A stretch of 34,468 nt of DNA from Acidobacteriota bacterium. Lineage in GTDB: Bacteria > Acidobacteriota > UBA4820 > DSQY01. The stretch is taken from assembly GCA_040758175.1 (NCBI GenBank), contig JBFLVU010000004.1, forward strand, positions 1-34,468, in the 5' to 3' direction. The position numbers and the translations under genes were made by a program. This document shows, one piece after another, positions 7,788 through 15,374 of the stretch. The notes beneath the pieces are model-generated. The model was not told where the DNA came from and did not search any database. It saw nothing but the letters and a program-made list of their open reading frames with translations. Position 1 is the first letter of the stretch; each line of letters opens with the position of its first letter.

Positions 7788-8981
7788 TCAAGGAGAGGGG
7801 CTCTCGGGGCTGATCGGCCGGACGGTGGCCAGAACCGGATAATCGTCCCTCAGGGAACGGATGAGGCGGTGGTTGGGCGCCATCTCCTGAGCCTTCCGAA
7901 AGGCTTCCACCCCTTCCTCCTCGTTTCCCGAAGCCAGGAGGACTCTGGACAGCCAGGCAAAGAGAAAGGGGTTGTTGGACTGGCGCTTGATGGCGGCCCT
8001 GAATCTTGACTCCGCCAGGGCATGATCGCCCTCGTGGAAGGCGTTCACACCCTCGTTGAAGAGGAAGAACGGATCTTCCTGGGCGATCTTCCGTCCCATG
8101 TCAAGGATGGACTGGGCTGCTTCTGGGCGCCGGGCCCCGCGAGCCGCCTGCACGGCGTTCGTGTAAAGCGGCTGGTAGGCGGGGAACCTCTCGATGGCCG
8201 CCTGAAGCAAATCGAGTGCCTCCTCGAAGCGGCCCTGGCGCATGAGGATCACCCCGAGGTTGTTCTGCAGTTCCTTCATCCCCGGGCGCTTGCTCACCAG
8301 AAACCGCACCGTGGCCTCGGCCCCGGCGACGTCTCCCTCGAGCATGCGGTCCACCGCGATGTTGTTGTAGAAGAGGGCAACAGCCGTGGCATCGTCGATC
8401 GACTCGTAGAGCCAGAGCCTCCAGTCGGAAGATTCCTCCGTGAAGTCCACGATGACCGTGTACGGGCTGCTTCCCAGGCCGATGGCGCCCCCGCCGTACC
8501 CCACCGCCATGTGCGTGGATACAAAGAAGATCCCGCCCCTTTCGTAATAGTTTCGGGCCTCGCTCACGTGAACGAAGTAGGCGGGGATCTTGAGGTGACG
8601 GGAGATCCCCATGAACAGGTTCGTGTAGGAGAGGCAGTCGCCCTTCTTCTGCTCAAAGGCCTGCACCGCCGTGAGCGAGAGGTTGTCCTCGTAACGGAAG
8701 TTCAGGTAACCCCGATCATTGAGGAACCGGATGGTCCTTCGCAGCCGCTCCACGGGGGTTCCGCCGAAACCGATCTCCTTCTCCACCTCGCGACGAATGG
8801 CGTCGTTCAGTTCAAAGGGGTTGCCCAGGTTCAGACCGGAGGGCTCGCCGTCCATGAGAAGCTGTTCGACGGTCATCATGGGCTTGGCGGGCCGTTTGGG
8901 AGCGCACGCCGCCAGCCCCAATGCGGCCGCCAGAACGGCGGCGCCCAGAACCCATCTTCCGGACCATCTCACGCCTGCCAT
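7788..8981 (-). CDS. transglutaminase-like cysteine peptidase domain / TPR-repeat lipoprotein
   Basis: 397 aa. Signal peptide with lipobox LGLAAC (Cys26). Transglutaminase-core motif KKGDCLSYTNLFMGISRHLKIPAYFVHV followed by STHMAVGY. The C-terminal half has TPR-like helices (ALFYNNIAV, NNLGVILMRQGRFEEALDLLQAAIE, FLFAWLSRVLLASGNEEEGVEAFRKA). RBS GGGAGG 4 nt before the ATG. Confidence 0.75.
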   Translation of the reverse strand: MAGVRWSGRWVLGAAVLAAALGLAACAPKRPAKPMMTVEQLLMDGEPSGLNLGNPFELNDAIRREVEKEIGFGGTPVERLRRTIRFLNDRGYLNFRYEDNLSLTAVQAFEQKKGDCLSYTNLFMGISRHLKIPAYFVHVSEARNYYERGGIFFVSTHMAVGYGGGAIGLGSSPYTVIVDFTEESSDWRLWLYESIDDATAVALFYNNIAVDRMLEGDVAGAEATVRFLVSKRPGMKELQNNLGVILMRQGRFEEALDLLQAAIERFPAYQPLYTNAVQAARGARRPEAAQSILDMGRKIAQEDPFFLFNEGVNAFHEGDHALAESRFRAAIKRQSNNPFLFAWLSRVLLASGNEEEGVEAFRKAQEMAPNHRLIRSLRDDYPVLATVRPISPESPSP

Positions 8982-9074
8982 TTGACCTCCCGGAGCATCC
9001 TAGAATCAACCCAGCGCGGCCGCCTCATTCCGATTCTACGAATCGACGGCGGCGGGAGTTTACGCCCCGAACCC

Positions 9075-9104
9075 TTGACAGGCCACGGGTCACCGCAGTA
9101 GCAT
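9075..9104 (+). promoter_or_regulatory. candidate sigma70-type promoter for tRNA-Leu
   Basis: TTGACA (9075..9080), 18-nt spacer, TAGCAT (9099..9104), in an AT-rich patch (GCATAATTATC) ending about 15 nt before the tRNA 5' end. Confidence 0.5.
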
Positions 9105-9122
9105 AATTATCTTACGCCTCGC

Positions 9123-9209
9123 GCCGAAGTGGCGGAATTGGCAGACGCGCTGGGTTCAGGGTCCAGTGGCCTCACGGTCGTGGGGGTTCGAGTCCCCCCT
9201 TCGGCACCA
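9123..9209 (+). tRNA. tRNA-Leu (anticodon CAG), class II with long variable arm, CCA encoded
   Basis: Folded by hand. Acceptor GCCGAAG/CTTCGGC. D arm GCG-GAATTGGCAGA-CGC. Anticodon arm CTGGG-TTCAGGG-TCCAG (anticodon CAG). 15-nt variable arm. T arm GGGGG-TTCGAGT-CCCCC. Discriminator A, then CCA. Confidence 0.92.
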
Positions 9210-9277
9210 TTCGGTTCCAACGGCGGGCGCCCCCAGGCGCCCGCTCCTTTTTTCGAGGACCTCTCCAACGGGGGGAC
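9186..9277 (+). repeat. direct repeat copy A (tRNA-Leu T-loop and 3' end, terminator, downstream flank)
   Basis: Aligns with 9441..9530. Shared blocks: TTCGAG(T/A)CC, identical 15-mer ACCATTCGGTTCCAA (9206..9220), identical 14-mer CCCCAGGCGCCCGC (9231..9244), TCCTTTT, CGGGGGGAC (9269..9277). Confidence 0.75.
9223..9253 (+). terminator. Rho-independent terminator of tRNA-Leu
   Basis: Perfect 9-bp stem GCGGGCGCC / GGCGCCCGC with loop CCCA, followed by TCCTTTTTT. Confidence 0.7.
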
Positions 9278-9440
9278 GAGAAGGGCCGAACACGCCGAGA
9301 CGTTGCCGCGAGAACGCGACCGAAGAGGAAGCGTTCGCAACGCGCCAACGCCCGGCGAGGGACCCGCCCCGGGAACCGTAGGCGCCGTTGCGCGCGCAAG
9401 CGGGCGGACTCCGACGCCCGCGAGCACGCTACGGCGCGTA

Positions 9441-9530
9441 CCTTCGAGACCTCCCCGCGGACCATTCGGTTCCAAGGAAGGGAGCCCCAGGCGCCCGCCC
9501 TCCTTTTCCCAGGGGCTCGAGCGGGGGGAC
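9441..9530 (+). repeat. direct repeat copy B (degenerate copy of tRNA-Leu 3' end plus terminator)
   Basis: Same blocks at 9443..9451, 9461..9475, 9485..9498, 9501..9507 and 9522..9530 (offsets 253-256 nt). The T stem is no longer complementary. The terminator stem carries a mismatch (GGGAGCC vs GGCGCCC) and a shorter T run. Confidence 0.75.
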
Positions 9531-9589
9531 TGTTGCCGACTCGCAACAATCTGCTAATCTAGCGGCAATCAAACCGGTCGAGGATATTG
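9529..9589 (+). promoter_or_regulatory. candidate pstS control region (palindrome, Pho-box-like direct repeats, -10 element)
   Basis: GTTGC-N6-GCAAC palindrome (9532..9547). Then GCAAC / GCTAAT / GCAAT units at roughly 11-nt spacing (CTGCTAATCTAGCGGCAATC loosely resembles the enterobacterial CTGTCAT-N4-CTGTCAT Pho box). Then GATATT (9583..9588) about 20 nt before the pstS ATG. No good -35, as expected for an activator-dependent promoter. Weak, pattern-based. Confidence 0.25.
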
Positions 9590-9607
9590 AATTCGCGGGG
9601 GGCTTTC

Positions 9608-10645
9608 ATGCAGAGACGGTTGGCTTGGTCCGCGGCGGTCATGGCGGCTACGACGCTCCTTACCGCTTGGGCTGCCGGTACCTTCAGCGGCGCGGGTGCG
9701 ACCTTCCCTTACCCCCTCTACGCGCGCTGGTCCCATGCGTACCGCGCCCTTACCGGCTCGGCCTTCAACTACCAGTCCATCGGTTCAGGCGGTGGCATCC
9801 TCCAGATTCAACGCGGCACCGTAGACTACGGCGCATCCGAGTATCCGCTCCCACCCAAGGACCTGGATCGGCACGGTCTGGTCCAATTCCCCATGGTGGT
9901 GGGCGTTGTCGTTCCCGTGGTCCACCTTCCGGGGACCGACCTTAGACCCGTAAGGCTGACCCCCGAACTTCTTGCCGATCTCTTTCTAGGCCGTGTGGCC
10001 CGCTGGAACGACCCCCGAATCAAGGCGCTCAATCCGGGGATGGACCTCCCCGACCTGGCCGTGGGAATCGTGGCTCGCGCCGACGGATCCGGAACGACCT
10101 GGCTCTTCACGCGATACCTATCCAGGGTTCATCCAGGATTCGCGTCCCGCGTTGGGGTGGGGCCCTCGGTCAAGTGGCCCTCCGGCATAGCGGCAAAGGG
10201 GAATGAGGGCGTCGCCTCCTACGTTCGCGAGGTCGCCGGCGCCCTGGGATACGTAGAATACGCCTACGCGTTGCAGAGCGGCCTGCGGGTCGTCGCGCTC
10301 GAAACCCCTGGAGGCACCTTCGCCGAGCCAAATCGGGGTTCGGTCCACGCCGCCCTCGGGCGAGAGGATTGGGCTTCGAATCCCGGCTTCGAACTCGACC
10401 TCATGGACAACACGGGGCCCGGAGGGTGGCCCATCCTCGGAGCCTCCTACATCCTCCTGCCGCGGGAGCACAAGGACCCCTCCAAGGGACGTGCGCTTCT
10501 GAGTTACTTCAGCTGGTGCCTCCGAGAGGGTGCCAAGGCCGCCGAAGACCTCAACTACTTCCCCCTCCCCACGAAGGTGGTGGACCGGGTGGAAGGCCAT
10601 TGGAAGGACAACGTTCGCTCCGGCGGCCGGGCGATCTGGCCCTAG
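9608..10645 (+). CDS. pstS: phosphate ABC transporter substrate-binding protein PstS
   Basis: Signal peptide MQRRLAWSAAVMAATTLLTAWAAG, then GAGATFPYPLYARW, YQSIGSGGG, DYGASE, ADGSGTT. ATG 9608 with a G-rich RBS 5 nt upstream is preferred over TTG 9587. Confidence 0.9.
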   Translation: MQRRLAWSAAVMAATTLLTAWAAGTFSGAGATFPYPLYARWSHAYRALTGSAFNYQSIGSGGGILQIQRGTVDYGASEYPLPPKDLDRHGLVQFPMVVGVVVPVVHLPGTDLRPVRLTPELLADLFLGRVARWNDPRIKALNPGMDLPDLAVGIVARADGSGTTWLFTRYLSRVHPGFASRVGVGPSVKWPSGIAAKGNEGVASYVREVAGALGYVEYAYALQSGLRVVALETPGGTFAEPNRGSVHAALGREDWASNPGFELDLMDNTGPGGWPILGASYILLPREHKDPSKGRALLSYFSWCLREGAKAAEDLNYFPLPTKVVDRVEGHWKDNVRSGGRAIWP

Positions 10646-10665
10646 ACACCGTGGGGGGAGGGATC

Positions 10666-11658
10666 ATGCCGACCGGCTCGATCCAAGCGGCCTCGCCCTC
10701 GGCCAGAGGGCATCGGGCGGACGCGGGCGCGAAGCACCGAAGCACCATGGATGCCCTTTTTCGCGGGACGAGCCTGGCCTTCGCCGTTCTCGTGCTGGTC
10801 ATCCTGGGCGCCATCCTCCTCGTTCTCCTGTTCCAGTCCTCCGAGGCATTCCTTCGATTCGGCCCCTCCTTCCTGTGGTCGAGCGACTGGGATCCGGTCC
10901 GCGACCTGTACGGAGCGCTGCCTTCGGCGTACGGAACCGTCGTCTCTTCACTCATCGCGATCCTCATCGCAGGACCGGTGGGCATCGGCGTGGCCGTGTT
11001 CCTCACGGAGATGGCCCCCCCGTGGCTGTCGAGGCCCGTGGGTCTCGGCATCGAACTTCTGGCCGCGATCCCCAGCATCATTTACGGAATGTGGGGCCTT
11101 TTCGTGCTCGCGCCCTGGCTGAACCGGGTCTTCTACGCACAGCTCCAGGAACACTTCGGGTTTCTGCCCCTCTTCAAGGGACCTTCGCTCGGCATCAGCA
11201 TGCTCACCGGCGGCCTGATTCTCGCCGTGATGATCCTGCCCTTCATCGCGTCCGTCACGCGCGACGTGTTCCGCCTCATCCCTCCCATGCTCAAGGAGTC
11301 GGCCTACGGCCTTGGTTCGACGACGTGGGAGGTCATCCGAAACGTGGTGATCCCATACGGGAGGTCGGGGATCGTCGGAGCCATCTTCTTGGGGCTCGGG
11401 CGCGCCCTCGGTGAGACCATGGCCGTGACCTTCGTGATCGGCAACTCCCACGTCATCTCCGCGTCCCTCCTCAGCCCCTCCAACACCATCTCCTCGACGC
11501 TCGCGAACGAGTTTGCCGAGGCCACCACGCCCCTCCACGTGTCCAGTCTCGTGGCCCTTGGCCTCATCTTGTTCCTGATCACGACGCTCATTCTCTCCCT
11601 GGCCAAGTTCCTCCTTTGGAGGATGGAGAAGGCCCTGCCGGGAGGATCCAAGAGATGA
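10666..11658 (+). CDS. pstC: phosphate ABC transporter permease PstC
   Basis: In-frame part of ORF 10369..11658. ATG 10666 after GGGGGGAGGG. Multiple TM helices and the EAA-type loop [44 protein letters not shown]. Confidence 0.88.
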   Translation: MPTGSIQAASPSARGHRADAGAKHRSTMDALFRGTSLAFAVLVLVILGAILLVLLFQSSEAFLRFGPSFLWSSDWDPVRDLYGALPSAYGTVVSSLIAILIAGPVGIGVAVFLTEMAPPWLSRPVGLGIELLAAIPSIIYGMWGLFVLAPWLNRVFYAQLQEHFGFLPLFKGPSLGISMLTGGLILAVMILPFIASVTRDVFRLIPPMLKESAYGLGSTTWEVIRNVVIPYGRSGIVGAIFLGLGRALGETMAVTFVIGNSHVISASLLSPSNTISSTLANEFAEATTPLHVSSLVALGLILFLITTLILSLAKFLLWRMEKALPGGSKR

Positions 11659-12521
11659 TCCCGCGGGGGGTGAAGTACATCCGGCGCAAGGCGGTGAACT
11701 GGGGGATGCTGGCCCTCTCCGGGACCTCGGCTGTTTTCGGCCTGTTTTTCCTCTTCTGGATCCTGGGAGTCGTCCTGGCGAAGGGCGGAAGCGCCCTGGA
11801 CTGGGACTTCTTTTCCAAGCTTCCCGCCCCTCCAGGAGTGGAGGGAGGCGGCATGGCCAACGGGATCGTGGGCACGCTCCTGCTCACCGTTCTGGCCACC
11901 GCCATCGGGGTGCCGTGCGGGCTCTTCGCGGGCACCTACCTTGCGGAGTACGGACGGAACGGCGCCCTGGCCAACACCGTGCGGTTCATCAGCGACGTTC
12001 TCACGAGCGCCCCCTCCATCGTGATCGGCGTGTTCGTTTACGCCATCCTCGTCCGCCCGCTGAGGGGCTTCTCCGGATTCGCGGGCGGCGTGGCGCTGGC
12101 TTTCATCATGATCCCCGTCGTAACGAGAACCACGGAGGAGATGCTCCAGCTCGTGCCGAACGCCCTCCGGGAGGCCGCTCTCGCCCTGGGGGCGCCGTAC
12201 TGGAAGGTCGTCGTGAACGTGTGTTACCGGAGGGTGCTCGGCGGCATGACCACCGGAATCCTTCTTGCCATCGCGAGGGTGAGCGGAGAGACCGCCCCCC
12301 TGCTGTTCACCGCGCTGAACAACCCTTACTGGAACTTCAATCCCATGTACCCCACGGGCACGCTGAACGTGACGCTCTTCAACTACGCCATGTCGCCCTA
12401 CAACGACTGGCGCGCCCAGGCCTGGGGGGCCGCCTTCCTGATTACCCTTTTCGTCCTGGTGGTCACGATCCTCGCGCGAATCGTGGTCTCGCGAACCCAG
12501 ACCGGGAGGACTCCGTCATGA
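11655..12521 (+). CDS. pstA: phosphate ABC transporter permease PstA
   Basis: ATG 11655 overlaps the pstC stop (ATGA), with GGAGGA 9 nt upstream. Loop [17 protein letters not shown]...[14 protein letters not shown]. Confidence 0.88.
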   Translation: MIPRGVKYIRRKAVNWGMLALSGTSAVFGLFFLFWILGVVLAKGGSALDWDFFSKLPAPPGVEGGGMANGIVGTLLLTVLATAIGVPCGLFAGTYLAEYGRNGALANTVRFISDVLTSAPSIVIGVFVYAILVRPLRGFSGFAGGVALAFIMIPVVTRTTEEMLQLVPNALREAALALGAPYWKVVVNVCYRRVLGGMTTGILLAIARVSGETAPLLFTALNNPYWNFNPMYPTGTLNVTLFNYAMSPYNDWRAQAWGAAFLITLFVLVVTILARIVVSRTQTGRTPS

Positions 12522-13345
12522 ACGAGATTCTGGTTTCCCCCGGCCTCCAGGCCGCCCCCGCGGCTCCCGGGGAGGCCGCGCAACGAGGGCGCGAGGTCCG
12601 CATCGACGTAAGGCGCCTGAATTTCTACTACGGGACCCAGCAGGCCCTGCGGAACATCGATCTCCCCATCCACTCCCAGGAGGTCACGGCCTTCATCGGC
12701 CCCTCCGGGTGCGGGAAATCCACGCTCATCCGGTGCTTCAACCGCATGTTCGACCTGTACCGGGGACAGCGCGCCGAGGGGGAGATCCTCCTGGATGGGA
12801 AGAACATCCTGGACCGGGACGTGGACGTGACCTCCCTGAGGGCCAGGGTGGGAATGGTCTTCCAGAAGCCCACGCCCTTTCCCATGTCCATCTTCGACAA
12901 CGTGGCCTTCGGGATCCGGCTCTACGAGACCCTTCCCAAATCGGAACTTCGTGAGCGGGTGGAGGTGGCCCTCCGCCGGGCCGCCTTGTGGGAGGAGGTC
13001 AAGGACATCCTGGGCCACTCGGGGATGAGCCTCTCGGGGGGCCAGCAGCAGCGGCTATGCATTGCCCGGGCCATCGCCGTGGAGCCGGAGGTCCTGCTCA
13101 TGGACGAGCCGGCCTCGGCGCTGGATCCAATCGCCACGGCCAAGATCGAGGAACTCATCGACCAGCTCAAGGGACGGTACACCATCGTCATCGTCACGCA
13201 CAACATGCAGCAGGCCGCCCGGGTGTCGGCCTTCACGGCCTTCCTCTACCTCGGGGAACTCGTGGAATTCGGCGAGACCGAGAGGCTCTTCACGAACCCC
13301 GAACGGGGAAGGACCCGGGATTACCTTACAGGCCGCTTCGGCTGA
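12518..13345 (+). CDS. pstB: phosphate ABC transporter ATP-binding protein PstB
   Basis: ATG 12518 overlaps the pstA stop (ATGA). Walker [10 protein letters not shown], signature LSGGQQQRL, Walker [13 protein letters not shown]-loop VTHNMQQA. Confidence 0.93.
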   Translation: MNEILVSPGLQAAPAAPGEAAQRGREVRIDVRRLNFYYGTQQALRNIDLPIHSQEVTAFIGPSGCGKSTLIRCFNRMFDLYRGQRAEGEILLDGKNILDRDVDVTSLRARVGMVFQKPTPFPMSIFDNVAFGIRLYETLPKSELRERVEVALRRAALWEEVKDILGHSGMSLSGGQQQRLCIARAIAVEPEVLLMDEPASALDPIATAKIEELIDQLKGRYTIVIVTHNMQQAARVSAFTAFLYLGELVEFGETERLFTNPERGRTRDYLTGRFG

Positions 13346-13399
13346 GCCGGGGCGAGCCTTTTGTGACGCTGGCCGGCCTGGTCCGGCGGGAGATCTTCT

Positions 13400-14056
13400 A
13401 TGGGTCGTGGAAGAGACGAGATTCAGCAGCTCCTGGAGAGCATCGCGGCCATGGCCGACGACGCGGGCAATCTGCTCAGGACGGCCTCGGAGGCTTTTCT
13501 GCGCTGCGATATGGAGGCCCTCCCGAAGATCCGGAGCGCGGAGCGGGCCCTGAACCGTCAGGAAAACGCCAACGACGCGCGGTGCCTGCGGATCCTCGCG
13601 CTGTACCAGCCCGAGGCGGACGACCTAAGGGGCGTGCTCATGGCGCTCAAGATCAACAACGATCTCGAGCGCATCGGCGACCATGCCCTCAACGTGGCCG
13701 AGCGCGCCGAGCAGGTGGGCACCTTCCCCTCCGCCTCCTCCACGGACATGTTCCGAAGGATGAGCGACGTATGCTTAGCCATGCTGAGCGACGCCATCAC
13801 GGCGTTCGTGGCCCGCGACACGGCGCTGGCCAAGACCGTCATCCGGCGGGACGACGAGGTGGACGAACTGCTACAAAGGGCCATATCGGACGTCCTCTCC
13901 GAGAGATGGTCCGAGCGGGCCCAGCGGCAGACGGCCATCGCGCTGGTTTTCGCGGCCAAGGAGTTTGAGCGGATCGCCGACCTCTGCACCAACGTGGCCG
14001 AAGACGTGGTCTTCATGGCCGAGGGGACCTCCCTCAAGCACCTCGGGAAGGTCTGA
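13400..14056 (+). CDS. phoU: phosphate signalling complex protein PhoU
   Basis: 218 aa. Two PhoU repeats with KINNDLERIGDHALNVAE and AAKEFERIADLCTNVAEDV. Last gene of the pst operon. Confidence 0.9.
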   Translation: MGRGRDEIQQLLESIAAMADDAGNLLRTASEAFLRCDMEALPKIRSAERALNRQENANDARCLRILALYQPEADDLRGVLMALKINNDLERIGDHALNVAERAEQVGTFPSASSTDMFRRMSDVCLAMLSDAITAFVARDTALAKTVIRRDDEVDELLQRAISDVLSERWSERAQRQTAIALVFAAKEFERIADLCTNVAEDVVFMAEGTSLKHLGKV

Positions 14057-14078
14057 CCCTCGGGGGGCCCCCCAGGGT
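14056..14078. terminator. GC-rich hairpin between convergent phoU and the Cys/Met PLP enzyme gene (possible bidirectional terminator)
   Basis: ACCCT(c)GGGGGG / CCCCCCAGGGT inverted repeat. No U-run on either strand, so it is not a canonical intrinsic terminator. Confidence 0.3.
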
Positions 14079-14089
14079 CCCGCTTCCGG

Positions 14090-15283
14090 TCAGATCCCGG
14101 AGAGGGCTTCCTCGAGGTCCCTTAGGAGGTCCTCCTTCGCCTCGCAGCCGACGGACAGGCGGACCAGGCCGTCCGTGATTCCCGCATCGAGCCGTTCCTG
14201 CTGCGACATGGCCGCGTGCGTCATGGAGGCCGGGTGCTGGATGAGGGTCTCCACGCCCCCGAGGGATACCGCCAGCGTGGCGAGGCGAACCCGCCCGAGG
14301 AGCCTCCGGCCGGCCTCCACCCCTCCGCGCAGCTCGAAGGAGATGAGGGAGCCGGGTCCCTCCGCCTGACGCGCCATGATCTCCGCCCCGGCGAAACCGG
14401 GAAGGCCCGGATACCGCACCGAGGCGACGGCGGGATGCGCCTGGAGCATGGATGCCACGGCCCGTGCGCTCTCCTGGGCCGCCCTCACCCGGAGGGCCAG
14501 GGTCTTGACCCCCCTCAACACCAGCCAGGCCTGGTGGGGATCCATGGTGCCTCCCAGATAGTGGAGGACGGATCGGACCCTCTTCCAAAGGACCTCGTCG
14601 CGGAAGACCAGGATGCCTCCGACGACGTCCGAATGCCCGTTCAGGAATTTTGTCACGGAGTGAAGAACCACGTCCGCTCCATGGCGGAGGGGCTTCTGCA
14701 GCACCGGACTCATGAAGGTGTTGTCCACCACGAGGAGGGCCCCGGCGCCGCGCGCGATCTCGGCCGCCAGAGCGATGTCGGTGACGGCCAGGGTCGGGTT
14801 GGCTGGGGTCTCCAAGAAGACCAGCCGCGTGGAGCCGCTCACGGCCCCCCGGAGGGCGCCAGGGTCGCTGGTGTCCACGAAGGTCGCATCGACGCCGAAG
14901 CGGCTGAAGTCGCGGGCCAGTACGACGCGGGAGGGCCCGTACACGGAGTCGCCGCAGACCACGTGGTCTCCCGCTGAGAGCAGGGCGAAGAAGATCGTGG
15001 AGACGGCAGCCATTCCCGAGGAGGTGGCGAGGGAGAAACTCCCCTCCTCCAGGGCCGCCACGTTGTCCTCGAGCATCCGGACCGTCGGGTTCCCCATCCG
15101 CGTGTAGATGTAGCCGGCATCCTTCCCCGCGAAACGCGACGCGCCCTGATCGGCGCTTGTGAAGGCGAAGGTCGATGTCTGGAAGATGGGGGGCGCCACG
15201 GCGCCGTAGGTGGGGTCAGGATCCTGGCCCGCGTGGATGCAGAGCGTATCGGCGGCGAGGTCTTTCCGTCCGGACGTGGTCAT
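14090..15283 (-). CDS. Cys/Met-metabolism PLP-dependent enzyme (methionine gamma-lyase / cystathionine gamma-synthase / O-acylhomoserine sulfhydrylase family)
   Basis: Inner part of ORF 14090..15439. ATG 15283 preceded by GAAGGAGAA. Motifs DTLCIHAG, PPIFQTSTFAF, YTRMGNPT, VVDNTFMSP, HSVTKFLNGHSDVVGG (PLP lysine), ETLIQHPASMTHA. Confidence 0.85.
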   Translation of the reverse strand: MTTSGRKDLAADTLCIHAGQDPDPTYGAVAPPIFQTSTFAFTSADQGASRFAGKDAGYIYTRMGNPTVRMLEDNVAALEEGSFSLATSSGMAAVSTIFFALLSAGDHVVCGDSVYGPSRVVLARDFSRFGVDATFVDTSDPGALRGAVSGSTRLVFLETPANPTLAVTDIALAAEIARGAGALLVVDNTFMSPVLQKPLRHGADVVLHSVTKFLNGHSDVVGGILVFRDEVLWKRVRSVLHYLGGTMDPHQAWLVLRGVKTLALRVRAAQESARAVASMLQAHPAVASVRYPGLPGFAGAEIMARQAEGPGSLISFELRGGVEAGRRLLGRVRLATLAVSLGGVETLIQHPASMTHAAMSQQERLDAGITDGLVRLSVGCEAKEDLLRDLEEALSGI

Positions 15284-15374
15284 GGGTTCTCCTTCGGGGC
15301 GGGGGCCGGATGCCTCCCGCGAAGGCGGAATTGTACAACGAATCGGACCGGTACCGGCTCCACTCGAAGCGGCT

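Noticed and set aside
2520-9101. Chain of long antisense or alternate-frame ORFs (2520..3575, 3572..4831, 4918..6012, 5700..6824, 6960..8009, 8022..9101)
   Set aside because: Each lies opposite or out of frame to a gene with strong family motifs. Translations are dominated by R, G, P, E and H, with no recognisable domains and no RBS context. Stop-poor frames of this kind are typical of high-GC DNA.
9378-9464. Possible second functional tRNA ending in ...CGGACCA at 9464
   Set aside because: No 7-bp acceptor pairing could be drawn. The T stem (GTACC/CCTCC) is not complementary. The candidate anticodon hairpin has a 7-bp stem with an 8-nt loop. At best it is a decayed pseudo-tRNA, and it is reported as a repeat.
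9107-9557. ORFs 9107..9475 (-), 9129..9557 (+), 9166..9381 (+), 9172..9549 (-) across the tRNA and spacer
   Set aside because: They overlap a clean tRNA-Leu and its terminator and have no ATG in the spacer. Their apparent internal peptide repeats (PFGSNGG / PFGSKEG) merely mirror the DNA direct repeat.
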